A DNA stretch of 63,916 nucleotides, counting the filler, from Choristocarpus tenellus KU-1152 (taxonomy: Eukaryota; Protista; Phaeophyceae): the NCBI GenBank assembly GCA_964200185.2. It is 13 parts of 13 records of this genome, joined end to end, with 100 filler letters (N's around TTAATTAATTAA, not from the genome) between each part and the next. Parts side by side here need not be neighbours in the genome. Positions count along the whole stretch, not along the records: positions 51,737 to 58,690 come from CAXNAD020006979.1; positions 58,791 to 61,311 come from CAXNAD020027106.1; positions 61,412 to 63,916 come from CAXNAD020027245.1; 10 more parts are not named here. One strand, 5' to 3'. The notes below the pieces were generated by a model, which saw only the letters and a program-made list of their open reading frames with translations, did not search any database and was not told the DNA's origin. The translations under genes were made by a program, and so were the position numbers. Shown piece after piece: positions 52,041 to 63,916 of the stretch. The stretch's first letter is position 1, and every line of letters begins with the position of its first letter.

Positions 52041-53632
52041 CGCTATAAGGAGATGCTGGGGTATGTGAGTTCTGTCACCAGGAACGAGTGCACGGACAGC
52101 GTGAATGGGATACTAGATATTGTTTCAGGCTGGGAAGACCTTCACGTGGTCAGTAGAATGTACGAGACTACACTGTCAGCTCTGAGAGATGCCAGCAATG
52201 AGAGGATGTGGTTCAACACCAACATCAAGTTGGCTAAGGTGCAATACACTCTTGGTACCGAGGTTGGTGGGTGGGTGGGTGGGTGGGTGGGTTGGTGAGG
52301 GGTTTCCAGGTTTGTAGTCGATTGTGTCTCTTTGAGTGAGTGTTTCTGTGAGGTTCTTGTCTGGTTGTGTGTGTGTTTGTTTTTGTTTTTTTTAATTGGA
52401 GGATGAGGATGATGAGGATGAGGTATTGTACGGGTGCGCAACGGAACGGCTGGGGAAGGGAGGGGGTTACGTTGATGTCTGAATTTTATTTTGGACCTGG
52501 ATTTGAATGGGAATTCGATTTGAGCGTGCGTTTGTTTGAAGGGTTAGGGTTTTCCTTGAAGTAGTAGGTCTTTTTGCGGTGTTGGTAGCCGCGACAGATC
52601 TACCGGGTTAAGTTCGGTTGTGAGTTTTTGTTGCTAGATGAGCTAGTGCATTGATTGAAAGGTGTCACTACCTACACAGCACGGTAACATATCCATGGCC
52701 TTGGATCTTCCTGAGACCAAAAACAAAAGATTGCGTCTCCGGAGGGGCTCTGTTCAACTCAGGGATTTTTTTTGGTTTTTTTGTGCCGTGGTGCTGCTTA
52801 TCGCTCAACGCTTTGTGCTTTGTGCTTTATGCTTTATGCTTAACACGTACTGCCTGCCACTTGCCACTATCCAGTTGGCAGTTGGTAGTTGGCATCCTGA
52901 GTGTGCTTTACCTTTGCGTGGTGAGGGTTGTTCAAGTTCAATCAAGTTAAGTAAAAAAATATATTTCAAGGCTATTTAATTACTTACTGTTTTTGTTTAC
53001 AAGAGTAGTAATAGTGTTACAACTACTATTGACTGCTAGTGAATGTTATACATGTATATGTACATGGTACATACATTTCTACCTTGGTTATGCAGAGTTA
53101 ATGGCGAGTTGAAAGTCATATCTGTACGTATTGTAGGACATGGTTGCGGTCCAAGACTCTCTTTATCTCAAGATAGTTCGATCCAGTTATGGATCGAAGA
53201 CGTATCGATTCAATTTGAATTATCCAAAATGACTCATCAGAGCCGGGTGGGCTATGTGGGACTGTCAACCCTGATGCGCCATGCATTGGTTGACCCATAT
53301 TTTTATTATAATTGTTATTATCATTACTATGTATAAATCATTATTCATCATTTGATCGCCTTTAGTCTAGGGCTTATCCGCAACCCCCACCCTGCCTAGC
53401 CCCTTAGCCCGTGTCCAGATCCCAGAGCACACTGCACTATGTTCTTCTACCTTGCAAAGCACCTGTTGCATTTCAAATAATTGCACTTCCCCGTGGGTGT
53501 TGTTTTTTTTTTCGTGCGTTTGGTTCGCCGCTCAGTCGCTCCACTCATCATTCCACCTCCCCTGTCAAATTTAGTGCAACCCCCCTCTCACCCCACCCCC
53601 CCCCCCCCCCCCCCCCCCCCCCTCCCCTCCCA

Positions 53633-53663
<31 letters not shown>

Positions 53664-56600
53664 TGTCTGCAGTGAATTGAATTGCAAACGCTTGCTCTGG
53701 GGTGCTCTGAACACCATTTTTATAGGAATCAATATTCTCTTTTGAAGTAGATTGCTCTAGCACACCACGAAGCACTACCGTGGCTCATGAATCCCTAACC
53801 TTGCTGAGGTGTGCGCTTTGATTTATGCTGCTTCTACTTTTTTTTCAAAATATATATATTTTTTGTTTATAGTGTCGTGTATACGTCGTATCATCTTTTT
53901 TTTTCTTGGGAAACAGATCACATTTCTTTTTTTTTCTTAGGGTGTAGATTCACAATCGAGTCAACGCGGGACGGCTTCGAAATATCCGAAACAGGAGACT
54001 GTTTTCATTTCTTTTTTTTATTTTGGCACGTATGGATTCAGATGTGCACACACTGAAACGTCTTTTTTGCTTGATTTTTTGTTAACTCTTTTTTTTTAAC
54101 CGTCGCTTGCTTCCCAACACAATCCATTTCGGATCCCGAAGTTTGAAAAGGTGTGTGTGGGGTGTTCGAATGAGTGTGGGATGTTTTTAATTGCTGAGCA
54201 TTGCCTTTTGCGTTAAAAGGCAACCACCAATCAAAATAATAATAATAATAATAATAGTAACATTCCTAGATTTTCCTTCTTTTTTTTATTGATCACGATT
54301 TGATCAAATTGCAGCGGTTGAGTCGATCACTACAATCCGCAGACACTGCTCGCCATGGTAGTTTACTGTTTATTTTTATTGATTTGTGTGGGGGGGGGGG
54401 ATTCATTCCAGTTTTGTAAATATTTGGTAGGCATTCTCTTTTTCAATATCTTCTGTCCTACCCTCATTTTTTTTAATGTAGTAATGGAGACAGATACGCA
54501 CGCAACATGCTGTATGTGCCGTTTATGCCTCCCGAACAGCCTGTCTTTAACCTCACACACTACTACCTTACCTATGCCTTACATATTTTCCTAACCCTAA
54601 CCCTAACCCTAACCTTGAAAGGTATATATGCAGATTCCAGATTACACCAGTGTCCAGAACACCATCAACTCCCTCCACGACTCTTGCAAGCTGACTGATG
54701 GTACAGATGACCCCTCCAAGGGCAATTTTCTGCTGGAGGTGTATGGCATGACCATTCAACTCTGTACGGCCACGAAGGACAATGCCCTCATGAAGGAGGT
54801 GAGCATACTGATGGTCATGGTCATGGTCATGAAGGAGGTGACCATACTGATGGTCATGGTGCTGGTCATGGTGCCATGTATGGTGTGAAAGAGAAAGAGA
54901 GAGGGAGTTTCCTTCCCTCCTTTTTTTTTGTCTCTTTTGTTTTTTCTTTTGAACAATAATAAAACGCCTTCGATTACACGCGCAGGACTAAGAATAATAA
55001 AACCTCCTCCTGCGCGGTGTGTGGAATTAGTCCTGTGGTGACTCTCAGATGAGATGAGAGGCATCTAAAAGTCAAGGGCCCGTCTATGCAACCATGAGAC
55101 TAGTGCCAGACAACGGTTCAAATTCAGTCCACCTGCGTCAGTGTGTTGTGTTCAGTGAAGTGATGCACATCAACAGAAAAAGTTAGTTCTATGTATTTCC
55201 AGAATACAAACGCCTGTGTGTCCCTCTCGTGCCCTGGGATTGATCCCCCCCCCTCCCCCCTACCCCCCAACCCTTTTCGTCTTTTCCACTATGGGTGCAA
55301 ATATATATTCCCAGGTGTACCCGAAAATCATGCTGCTCAATGCTGCTGTGGAGGATCCACGAGTGATGGGGGTCATTAGGGAAGAGGGAGGGAAGGTACG
55401 CAAGAGTTTGTGGTGTTCCTATGGTGTGTTCGTTATGTTTGAATGTCTTCATGGTCCTGTTGTGCAAGTGCAGAGAGTGGGTAGGTTTTGGTAGGGGGGG
55501 GGGAGTGGGGGAGGATGGGGGTAAGGGGGGATTGGTTGGGGTGGAGTCACTTTATGAAGCTGTGGAAGGCGTGATGATTGAAATTGCCCCCCAACTGATC
55601 CGAAACAGAAAGAGAGAGAGAGCGAGAGGGAGAGAGAGAGGCCTTGAAGACATGGTGAGGTGGGGGGTTTGAAAGCAAGTACAGAACCATAGTGTGAACA
55701 CATTTTCCTTAATACTGTGGTGATTGGTAGTCTGTTGTTGAGGAGAAGTGGGTGTAATGGAGCACTGCTCGTTGGGATGGCAATAATAATAATAATAATA
55801 ATAATGTGTAATCTTCTTCGGGTTTGACACTCTCTTGCCGGCCCTCATTGCTTCCCACACTTGTGCTTGAAAATGTCTCCATTGAGGGTGATTTGTATCA
55901 CCTCAGTCAACACCCCCCCTGCCCCCCCCCTATTTTGATGCAGATGTATATGTCAATGGGGAGCTGGGGCGAGGCATACAATGAGTTTTATGAGGGTTTC
56001 CGGAACTATCAGGAGGCGGGAAATGCTCGAGCGAAGGAGTGCCTTAAGTATGTTGTCCTGGCCAACATGCTTAACCTCTCTGATATTAACCCTTTCGCTG
56101 CTCGGGAAGCCAAAGTGTGAGCTATTACAAACTACGCGTTAAAATGTTCATATAATATGGCTAGTAATACCTTTCCTGTTTACGGATTTGAGATGGCACA
56201 CTTGGGTATCTTTCCTCTTCTTCTTTTTTTGGTAAATGATGCAACTGTACACATACTATAGTGGTGTATGGTACTGCAGTGCCACACACAAGACTGTGTG
56301 CATGTTACAGGAACTGTGGACTTCAGAGGGGGGTTCTGGCTATGGATGGATTGTCGTTTCCACCTATGCTATTGCCGTGTTCTCTCTCTCTCCCCTCTAA
56401 CCCTGTGCTGTCTATCCATCCCCCCCTTTGTAATGGAATTTGGCTGTGCAAATACACGGGTGATAGCGGTGTTGTTCCTCACCCCCACCTTGGTGATTCC
56501 GTGATACAGTCTCAAATGGAAGGTTGACCCGATTGAGTGCACGTGTGATGTTGATTACTTCACAGTGTACACCCCTTCCCTTTTCAAGCTGTTTTGTTAC

Positions 56601-58364
56601 TGCTTTGTTACTTCGTCACTAATTCTTTTGTTACTGTTTTGTCACTTCATTACTATTATTTTGTCGCGCTACCGCAGTACGTGCTATAAAAACAAGATAC
56701 AACACACCGTTTAAGCATTTTCGTTTTTATAACTCTGATGTTTGCCTCTCCTTCCTACCCACCCACCCACCCACCCACCCACCCAACTTTCAAAAAAATG
56801 AAAAAATGCCCTGCTTCCGGTGACACCCGCTCTGTCTGTCCCCCTCGTCTGACGCCCGACTCCACCTCCCGGCACGTAACTCACGATTGTCTCTTTGTTC
56901 CCCTCTCTGCATGTCTGCATGTCGCTCTTCCCTTCATGTACGCACGCGCGCACCCTGTTTACCATCCCATCCCATCCCATCATCTTGTTCTCTTTTTTGT
57001 TCTTTTTTTTTTTTGTTCGCTTCCTTTTTTTGCAAAAACGCCCTTCCGTTGTATCCCCCTGTCAGGTTTCAGGACGAGCGGGAGATTGTGGCGATGATGG
57101 ACCTCAGGATGGCTTACGAGAGCAATGACTTGGCGAAATTTGAGCGGACTCTCCACGACCGGCGCTCCAGGATAACTGACGATCCGTTTGTGATGACCTA
57201 CGTCGACCCTCTGCGAAGGCGTATGAGAGAGTCGGTGCTGCTCCACCTTTGCCGTCCTTACAAGAAGATCACCTTGCAGTTCATGGCTGGGGTATGTGTA
57301 TGCGCCGGTGGAGTAGCGCTATAAGTATTGTGTGATGTGTTTTGTAGTGTTGCTCGTTACGGAGTGTTGGTTGTTGTTGTGCTTGTATCGATACTGTTGA
57401 TATTTATTTATTTTTTACAGAAGGGTATATTTTGGTTGTTGGGGCGGGGGGTCGGGGGTGGGGTGCGGGTGTGTGCGTGTGTGTGTGTGTGTGTGTAAGA
57501 GCTGGGGACTTTGTCATTTTACGTGTGCTGAGTTCATGACCTCATGGAGGGGCTGTAGTTACGATGGTTTATGGTGGGGGTAGAAGGGGCTTTCAACGTG
57601 AATGCATCCTACTGACTCAAGCAGATATTATATTTTTATTTTGCATTATTGACTGGGTACCATATAGGCTATTCTATTGGTGGCAAATGATGCTTCAAAA
57701 AATGGGAGTGGTGTTTAGCTGGTGATGCGGCATGGCTTTGAAGGAGGCTAATGACTGTATGGTGGATTTAATTTTGCTGCCAATGGCATTCTGCATACTG
57801 ACTGACCTACCAACCCCCCAGTACTCAAGTCAGCAGAAATACCAGTTTTTTTTGTCAAAACTAGTGACCTGTGCTATGCTGGGCTGTATTTACGTCCCAG
57901 CCAGTGCACATGCTTTCCTTTCTCATCACGTCCTCTACCCTTTACCCCTGAGTGCTGCTAAATGCTACCCTTATTTTATTTGGTGTTGTAATATTGGCAT
58001 TCCCATTGGCCAAGGTGGTTTGTGTGTTCTTTCATAAATATTATTTTTATCTGAACTCAGTCGGTGCTCTGATCTCTGAGCTTTTCCCCACCCATCATCC
58101 CTTGTTTGGTCTCCACTTTGGTTCCTGGGTGCCACGGGCTATCAGGAGCTGAACCTTAGTGCTAAGGAGGTTGAATCCCTCCTGATAGACCTCATCCTGG
58201 ATCACCGTATCAATGCAAAGATCGATCAGATAAATGGCTTCCTTCTTCTTGAGGGCTGCAAGGAAACTTCCTCTAAGAAGCTTGATGCGCTTGAACGTTG
58301 GAGCTTTGCACTGAAATCGCTCACAACACATTTGTCAGACCGTGTGACTTACACCATGCGATGA
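52041..58364 (+). CDS. CSN2: COP9 signalosome subunit 2, 5'-truncated
   Basis: Exons 52041-52238, 54622-54798, 55315-55395, 55944-56116, 57066-57291, 58146-58364 (TGA). Motifs VTRN, NERMWFNTNIKLAK, PRVMGVIREEGGKM, CLKYVVLANML..SDINPF, and a PCI domain ending in KIDQING. Confidence 0.96.
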
Positions 58365-58790
58365 TGGTGGGGATGATGCCTGTCGGCATGCAGGATCGGG
58401 GGGATTTGTTTGGAGACTATGACTTAACGTTGTTTGTGTTGTTGTTATTAATAGTGAGCATGAACAAACGCTATACCGTTAGTAGCAGGTGGCTGGGAAG
58501 TGGATAGTGATGGCGGTGGTGCACTGGTTGTTTGTTAATGATGAGGTGGAGAAAGGTCTTGAGCAAGAAGAGTGAGTGAGTGAGTGGGAATGCTGTGGTG
58601 AAGTGTCTCTTGGGCAAAAGAGGTTGATTGATTTGATCTTCCCTTCTTTTTTTTTTAAGTAGATGAGGACTACCACGAGACATGTACCAGNNNNNNNNNN
58701 NNNNNNNNNNNNNNNNNNNNNNNNNNNNNNNNNNTTAATTAATTAANNNNNNNNNNNNNNNNNNNNNNNNNNNNNNNNNNNNNNNNNNNN

Positions 58791-58954
58791 GAAGTGTCAA
58801 TATCCACGTTCTGGACACTCCTTTTCGTACCGCATACATTTTACCTACTCTGAAACATTTTGGAGTAGGTAGATTGTCATTTAAAACCCATGAGAAGCCA
58901 AGCCCCAAATGGACAAATAGGGCAAAAATCGTACCCTCTGAGATAGTTTCACTC
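58791..58954 (+). mobile_element. MITE family A, truncated copy
   Basis: Right half, ending GTACCCTCTGAGATAGTTTCACTC. Confidence 0.85.
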
Positions 58955-61900
58955 ATATGTAACATTTCAGAAGAAAATGTCACCTAAAAAGTTGCAGAGT
59001 AAACTTTTATGATTGGAGTACATATAGAGCAGTTGCATAGAAGACCAAAGAAATTGGGTAGATGATGAAAATAATAAGAGGGCTTTTGGTGAAAACACCT
59101 TTACCCCCCTTACCAGTCTTTTCGTCTTGAATGAAACTTTGAGTCGAGCTTTGAGCTAAGCACTGAGTGGAATATCAAGAGAGAAGACTATCTGACACCC
59201 TACAAACTGTTACCAAGGGCAACATCCCCATAGCATCGAATTAAGGTCGTTGGATTTGAGTTACACATCCTATGGAGGTGAGTTCAGGGGCACACTGTAA
59301 TAGTTCTACATGTAACGACTAACCACCCCTCGAGCCGTACATTCAAATGTCACTATCTTTGATTAATATACAGACACTGTCATGTAGAAACACTGTGATT
59401 GGGCATTTGGAATGGTATTCCTAGTTGGGATGGGGGGGCAGGTCATGTTTCCTTGAAAGGCACAGGTGCCTGCGCCGTTTTTCTCACTTGCACCGAAAAT
59501 GGATGTAGTGTATGAGTCTGGTCTGGATGTCTTGCTCCTTGATCTTGAAGTTTGACACAAAAAATGACCTTGCCTGATTAACCTGAGGGGGTTCGAGCAT
59601 GAAATCACACAGTTCATGAGGACTCTGCCTAATTTTAGTGGATATGTCGGACAAACCGAACTTACATTTTCTGCAAACTCCCCCCATAATTTGGAATCCC
59701 CACCATAAGACCCCAGTCTCTCAGTCTTGATAGAATCGACAATATCGGAGAAAAACTGAATGTCCTTGCATGAGACTGCTCCAAGTAGAGGCGTAAAAAT
59801 CCTGTGATTTGTTTCCAGGGATGGACATAGATATTCTTGTGTATCCTTTCCCCTCTTCTCGGCCACTTAGATCAAGGTTGTGGCCGCATGTTAAGATTCA
59901 AGATTTGTCTACTGCTGGACAATGCACTCACACTTCAGCAACTACTTTGGGGAAGCATGATGCAAATCTACAGCGGAGAGTGGTCACTCAACTTCACACC
60001 AGAGGTTTGTTGATGGAATTACTGATCGTATCATTGTAGGCTGACCTGCAAATTAAACAGGAATGATGATTTGAAAGTCAAAGCTTCTCACACAAAGTAT
60101 CCAATCTCACTCCATCACTCCGACAGCATTCACAGACTCATTTCAGATTTTTTTGCAAAGCGGAAGACGTAAGCAAGCACAACATTAGGGATAGGTCCAT
60201 CAACATGAAAATGAAAATATCACACTTTCAGCACATGATCAAAATGCGTAACACCCGATAGAGACAGCTTGCTCTCTGAATGATTGATACACAAAACACG
60301 TAACTGCAACAAAAAGAAGCATATAATGACTACGTGGGGGTGGGTAGAGACTCAGAAATATTGCTAATCTTCCCCCACCTCCCTGAGGTGCGTTTCCACC
60401 AGGTGGAACAGGTCAGGTCTTCCATAAAGCGCAGTTAAGGCAAGGGGACTGGCTTCCCATCCCTTCTCTTGGTCCAACGGTTTGGACTTTGTTAGTAGGT
60501 CAATGTGTTTGTCGTGCGTAAAGTTCTGTAACTCTCGATTTAAAGGGAGGAGCAGTTCAACGGATATCAGAGAGATAGGGGTCAAGGTTATGCTTAAGGG
60601 ACATGAGGAATCTCTCAACTAAAAAGACAATGGGAAAAAGTGAAAAAGTTGATAAGATTGGAGTGGACTGTGAAAGAAGTGAAAGGAAGTTGTTGGAAAG
60701 TATATTGGACAAGAAAAGATGGCTTGGCAAGAACCTGAGAGACAGTGAGGTCAAGGCCTCATACGAAATAGTCCGTCAAATCTTGATAATTCCGACTTCA
60801 TCATATAAAGCAAATATCCAAATATTTTCAAGTCCCAAGTGGCCTACGTATGGTGCGTAATGCTACACTTGAATGTCTCCCATAATCTCTTGGAACCTCA
60901 AGCATCAAGTCTCCACGGCAACGTCATATTCGCTTCTTCACACAAGTAACAAGCATGTAGGAGAACAAAGGCATTGAAGCACAACCTCCAAAGTATCCAT
61001 TATATCAAATGGTCTGCCAGAACTTGAAAAGTCAACCTCTTGCAAAACAAATCTCTCCAACAATTGCACATTCAAAATACTTTAAAGTCGCAATTACCCC
61101 ACGTATGATGCCTCCCATCAACTCTTTTGAGACTTTAGGCATCAGGACGGCAAGGTGATATAATACCCCTTTCTTCATACAGCTAACCCACGTATTGGTG
61201 AAAAGAAGTAACAGGCCACGACCTCCAACACATCAATGATCCCTTTTATGAGGGGTGGTGTTGAACTATCCCACACTGGACCCGCGACTTTTAGATTGTG
61301 CTTTAATGAAGNNNNNNNNNNNNNNNNNNNNNNNNNNNNNNNNNNNNNNNNNNNNTTAATTAATTAANNNNNNNNNNNNNNNNNNNNNNNNNNNNNNNNN
61401 NNNNNNNNNNNTTGTCACATAAAAAAACAGAGGTCAAGCTGCACCCCACCGCATTCAGTACCCCACTTGTTTGTAAACCCCCCCCCCCCCCTCAAAAAAA
61501 GAGCCCTCTAATAAATAAAAGTAAATAACACAGCAAAAAACAAAAAACAAAGAATGTGAAAGGCGGTGGAAATAGTGCAAAAACAAGACATTTGCACCAA
61601 CATGAAAACATAGAACCAAACAATGATAAAAAAGAATAATAATAATAATAGTGAAAATAATAATGAGTCTGTAGGTTGTATAGCGCCTACCATTTCCCCG
61701 ACCTCAGAAATATGGAGACATCACAATTACTGTAGTGTAACCAAAACCCTAACCCTTCTTGGTTGGAGGTTGAAAGAATTGTACAGTATGAATCACACAC
61801 ATACGCATGTGCCAATAACATCTCAAGATCTGAAACACCACCTGTAGTGCTCTGTAGTGCCCTGTAGCACATCAAACATATCTCCACATGACCATACGTA

Positions 61901-62347
61901 ACAGGGGAACAATTACTACAAATCCCGGAGTACCAGCAGGATCCCTAACCCTAACAATTGAAATAGAGCCAGTGATATTCTAACCAAAAAGACAGGATGT
62001 GGCCTCTTTCAAAGGGTGCTATCGTATCAGCTTCTGAGTGCTAATAATAGGACATGCAAGCCCCTCTTGTATGTGAGGACATTGGAGGGCTATGGCCACC
62101 GAGTGCATTAACACCTACCATAGATGTAGCAATTGAGGCCAAACCTGAGCCAAACCATGACACAGCCACCGCAATCCTCACCCTAACCCTACTATCCTAA
62201 CCCTAACTCCAACCCTACCATACCTCAAAACATTTACCATCTCTTGATAATTTGATAATAGGTTCATAGTACGTTAAAAAAACAGATAGACAGTCCGTAC
62301 TCCTTTTTCCTCATTCCAACCCTAACCCTAAATAGTGTTGGAAAATG

Positions 62348-62405
62348 TGTATGTATGTATGTATGTATGTATGTATGTATGTATGTATGTATGTATGTAT
62401 GTATA
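62348..62405. repeat. (TATG)n microsatellite
   Basis: Visible tetranucleotide run. Confidence 0.95.
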
Positions 62406-62601
62406 GGTAGGAAACGGGCTGCCCACAAAAAGAGAGCATGGAGTAGTTGCTGCATTCATGAAGGGATAACAAAAAAAAGGACAGCTTTAGGACGTCCCTG
62501 ACCCTAAGGCTTGACTCGACCCCTCTAGCATAAGGCATCCGAGTCAAACAACATTCCACCATTCACGTGGGGTGAAGTCATCCACTACCACACTGTCTTA
62601 C

Positions 62602-62711
62602 CTGCACTGACTGGTTTTCATAGCACTCAGGAGGCGATCGAGGTCTCCAATCTCAGTGGCATTGTCAGCATCTGCCATCAGACCATACTGTCCCCTCATG
62701 CGCAACATGCC
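62602..62711 (-). CDS. ALG5: Internal exon of dolichyl-phosphate beta-glucosyltransferase (GT2)
   Basis: AG...GTAAG-bounded exon GMLRMRGQYGLMADADNATEIGDLDRL, matching the ALG5 RG..ILMADADGAT (DxD) segment. Confidence 0.75.
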
Positions 62712-62954
62712 CTGTTCCAAGTCATGTATGTCCACAATAAATGAAAACATTAAACAAAACAAAAAAATAAGTGGGTTCACTACACAACACAATTCTTTTT
62801 TTTTCCCAACAGGTACGGACGCCTGAAAAAAACTAACCTCATTCTTAGTCTCCCAAAGTTATAGACAACACATACACACACATAAAAATATTACAACTTT
62901 TTAATGGGGAAAAAAATGGACTCTTCTGCCATTGGACACCTTCAGACGACCACA

Positions 62955-63002
<48 letters not shown>

Positions 63003-63160
63003 GTAGTAGTAATAACAATAATCACGACGGTAGTAACAGTCATAAAAAATAGTGATAATAATAGTAATAATAATAATAAAAACAGTAGTAGAAATAATAA
63101 TAATAATAATAGTAATAATAATAATAATAACAGTAGTAGTAGAAATAATAATAATAATAA
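62955..63160. repeat. (AAT)n low-complexity microsatellite
   Basis: Degenerate trinucleotide run; it explains the spurious poly-I/N/L ORFs. Confidence 0.95.
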
Positions 63161-63423
63161 CTGGGAAAAAGACAAGACTTTCGTAGCCACCTTTAAAGAG
63201 AGGGTTAAGGTCAAGCGAGCTGAGGATGAGAAAAAAAGGAAACTGTCACATATCAAAAATACGACATCAGAAGGTCCAAAAATATAAAAAAAAGGTGAAT
63301 ATAGACAAATATTTGCGGTTTGCTCCTTACATCAATCACAGTAACCCATTCCAACACAAACGGAAAACTGCTGGATCATTTTTTTCCTTCCTTTTTCTTA
63401 CAAGGTCTTCATGTACACACCAC

Positions 63424-63454
<31 letters not shown>

Positions 63455-63916
63455 AAGAAAATGATCAAGACACGTACTTAGCTTCACAACATTGGTCCTT
63501 CGAGAGCTGCACAGTTGCCCCCTTTGTGCGACCTTATCAGAAGCAATATCGTTTCATCATTGTTACGACCATTACTGTCATCACTACTATAATTAATGAC
63601 TGCTACCATCACTGCTATAGCTGGCTATCACCAATGTATGTAATTTATTACCCCAAACATCATTAATACTATTATTATTTTGAGTTACAAATCCCAACCC
63701 ATGGTCAGAGGCACTACACACTGACTGCCCTACTTCTCACAACAACGCCTGACCATCTCCCACAGCACATGAGGTCAACCCATGACACTAACCACTTCTG
63801 CCAGCAGCAAGACGGCATCCCCCGATCGATAATTTTTTTCTATTCCTACCTCATTGGGGGAAGGGGGGGGGGGGGGGGGGGGCAACACCACCAAAAAAAA
63901 AACAAAAAAGAAACAA

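Noticed and set aside
62904-63287. Poly-Ile/Asn/Leu ORFs (also 31597-31893 and 44321-44652)
   Set aside because: Translations of microsatellites.

Overview
Eukaryotic nuclear DNA, intron-rich and repeat-rich. It is probably a stramenopile, most likely a brown alga or relative; this is inferred from gene style, scattered TTAGGG repeats and the TE types. The window is not contiguous: 13 short contigs are joined by an artificial 100-nt linker (N44-TTAATTAATTAA-N44), so gene neighbourhoods across linkers carry no information. Recognisable partial spliced genes: a BRWD/PHIP-type WD40 protein, a class II-like histone deacetylase, a DHHC palmitoyltransferase, COP9 signalosome subunit 2, one ALG5 exon, a QCR9-like first exon and a protein with a QW (terpene-cyclase/prenyltransferase-repeat) motif. 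There is also one tRNA-Glu(TTC). The mobile DNA includes two related MITE families with G(A/G)..(T/C)C termini and 4-bp TSDs (Sola-like), a decayed DD39D mariner transposase, a copia gag relic, and probable MULE and SAP/SWIM relics. The best novelty candidates are (1) a long single-exon ORF (7109-8818) that seems to combine a degenerate KH domain, an HPD-less J-like domain and a CYTH-like terminus; (2) the Sola-like MITE system, with an empty/filled site pair inside the window; and (3) a TA-flanked inverted-repeat unit enclosing the tRNA gene. All domain calls are by-eye motif recognition, not database searches.
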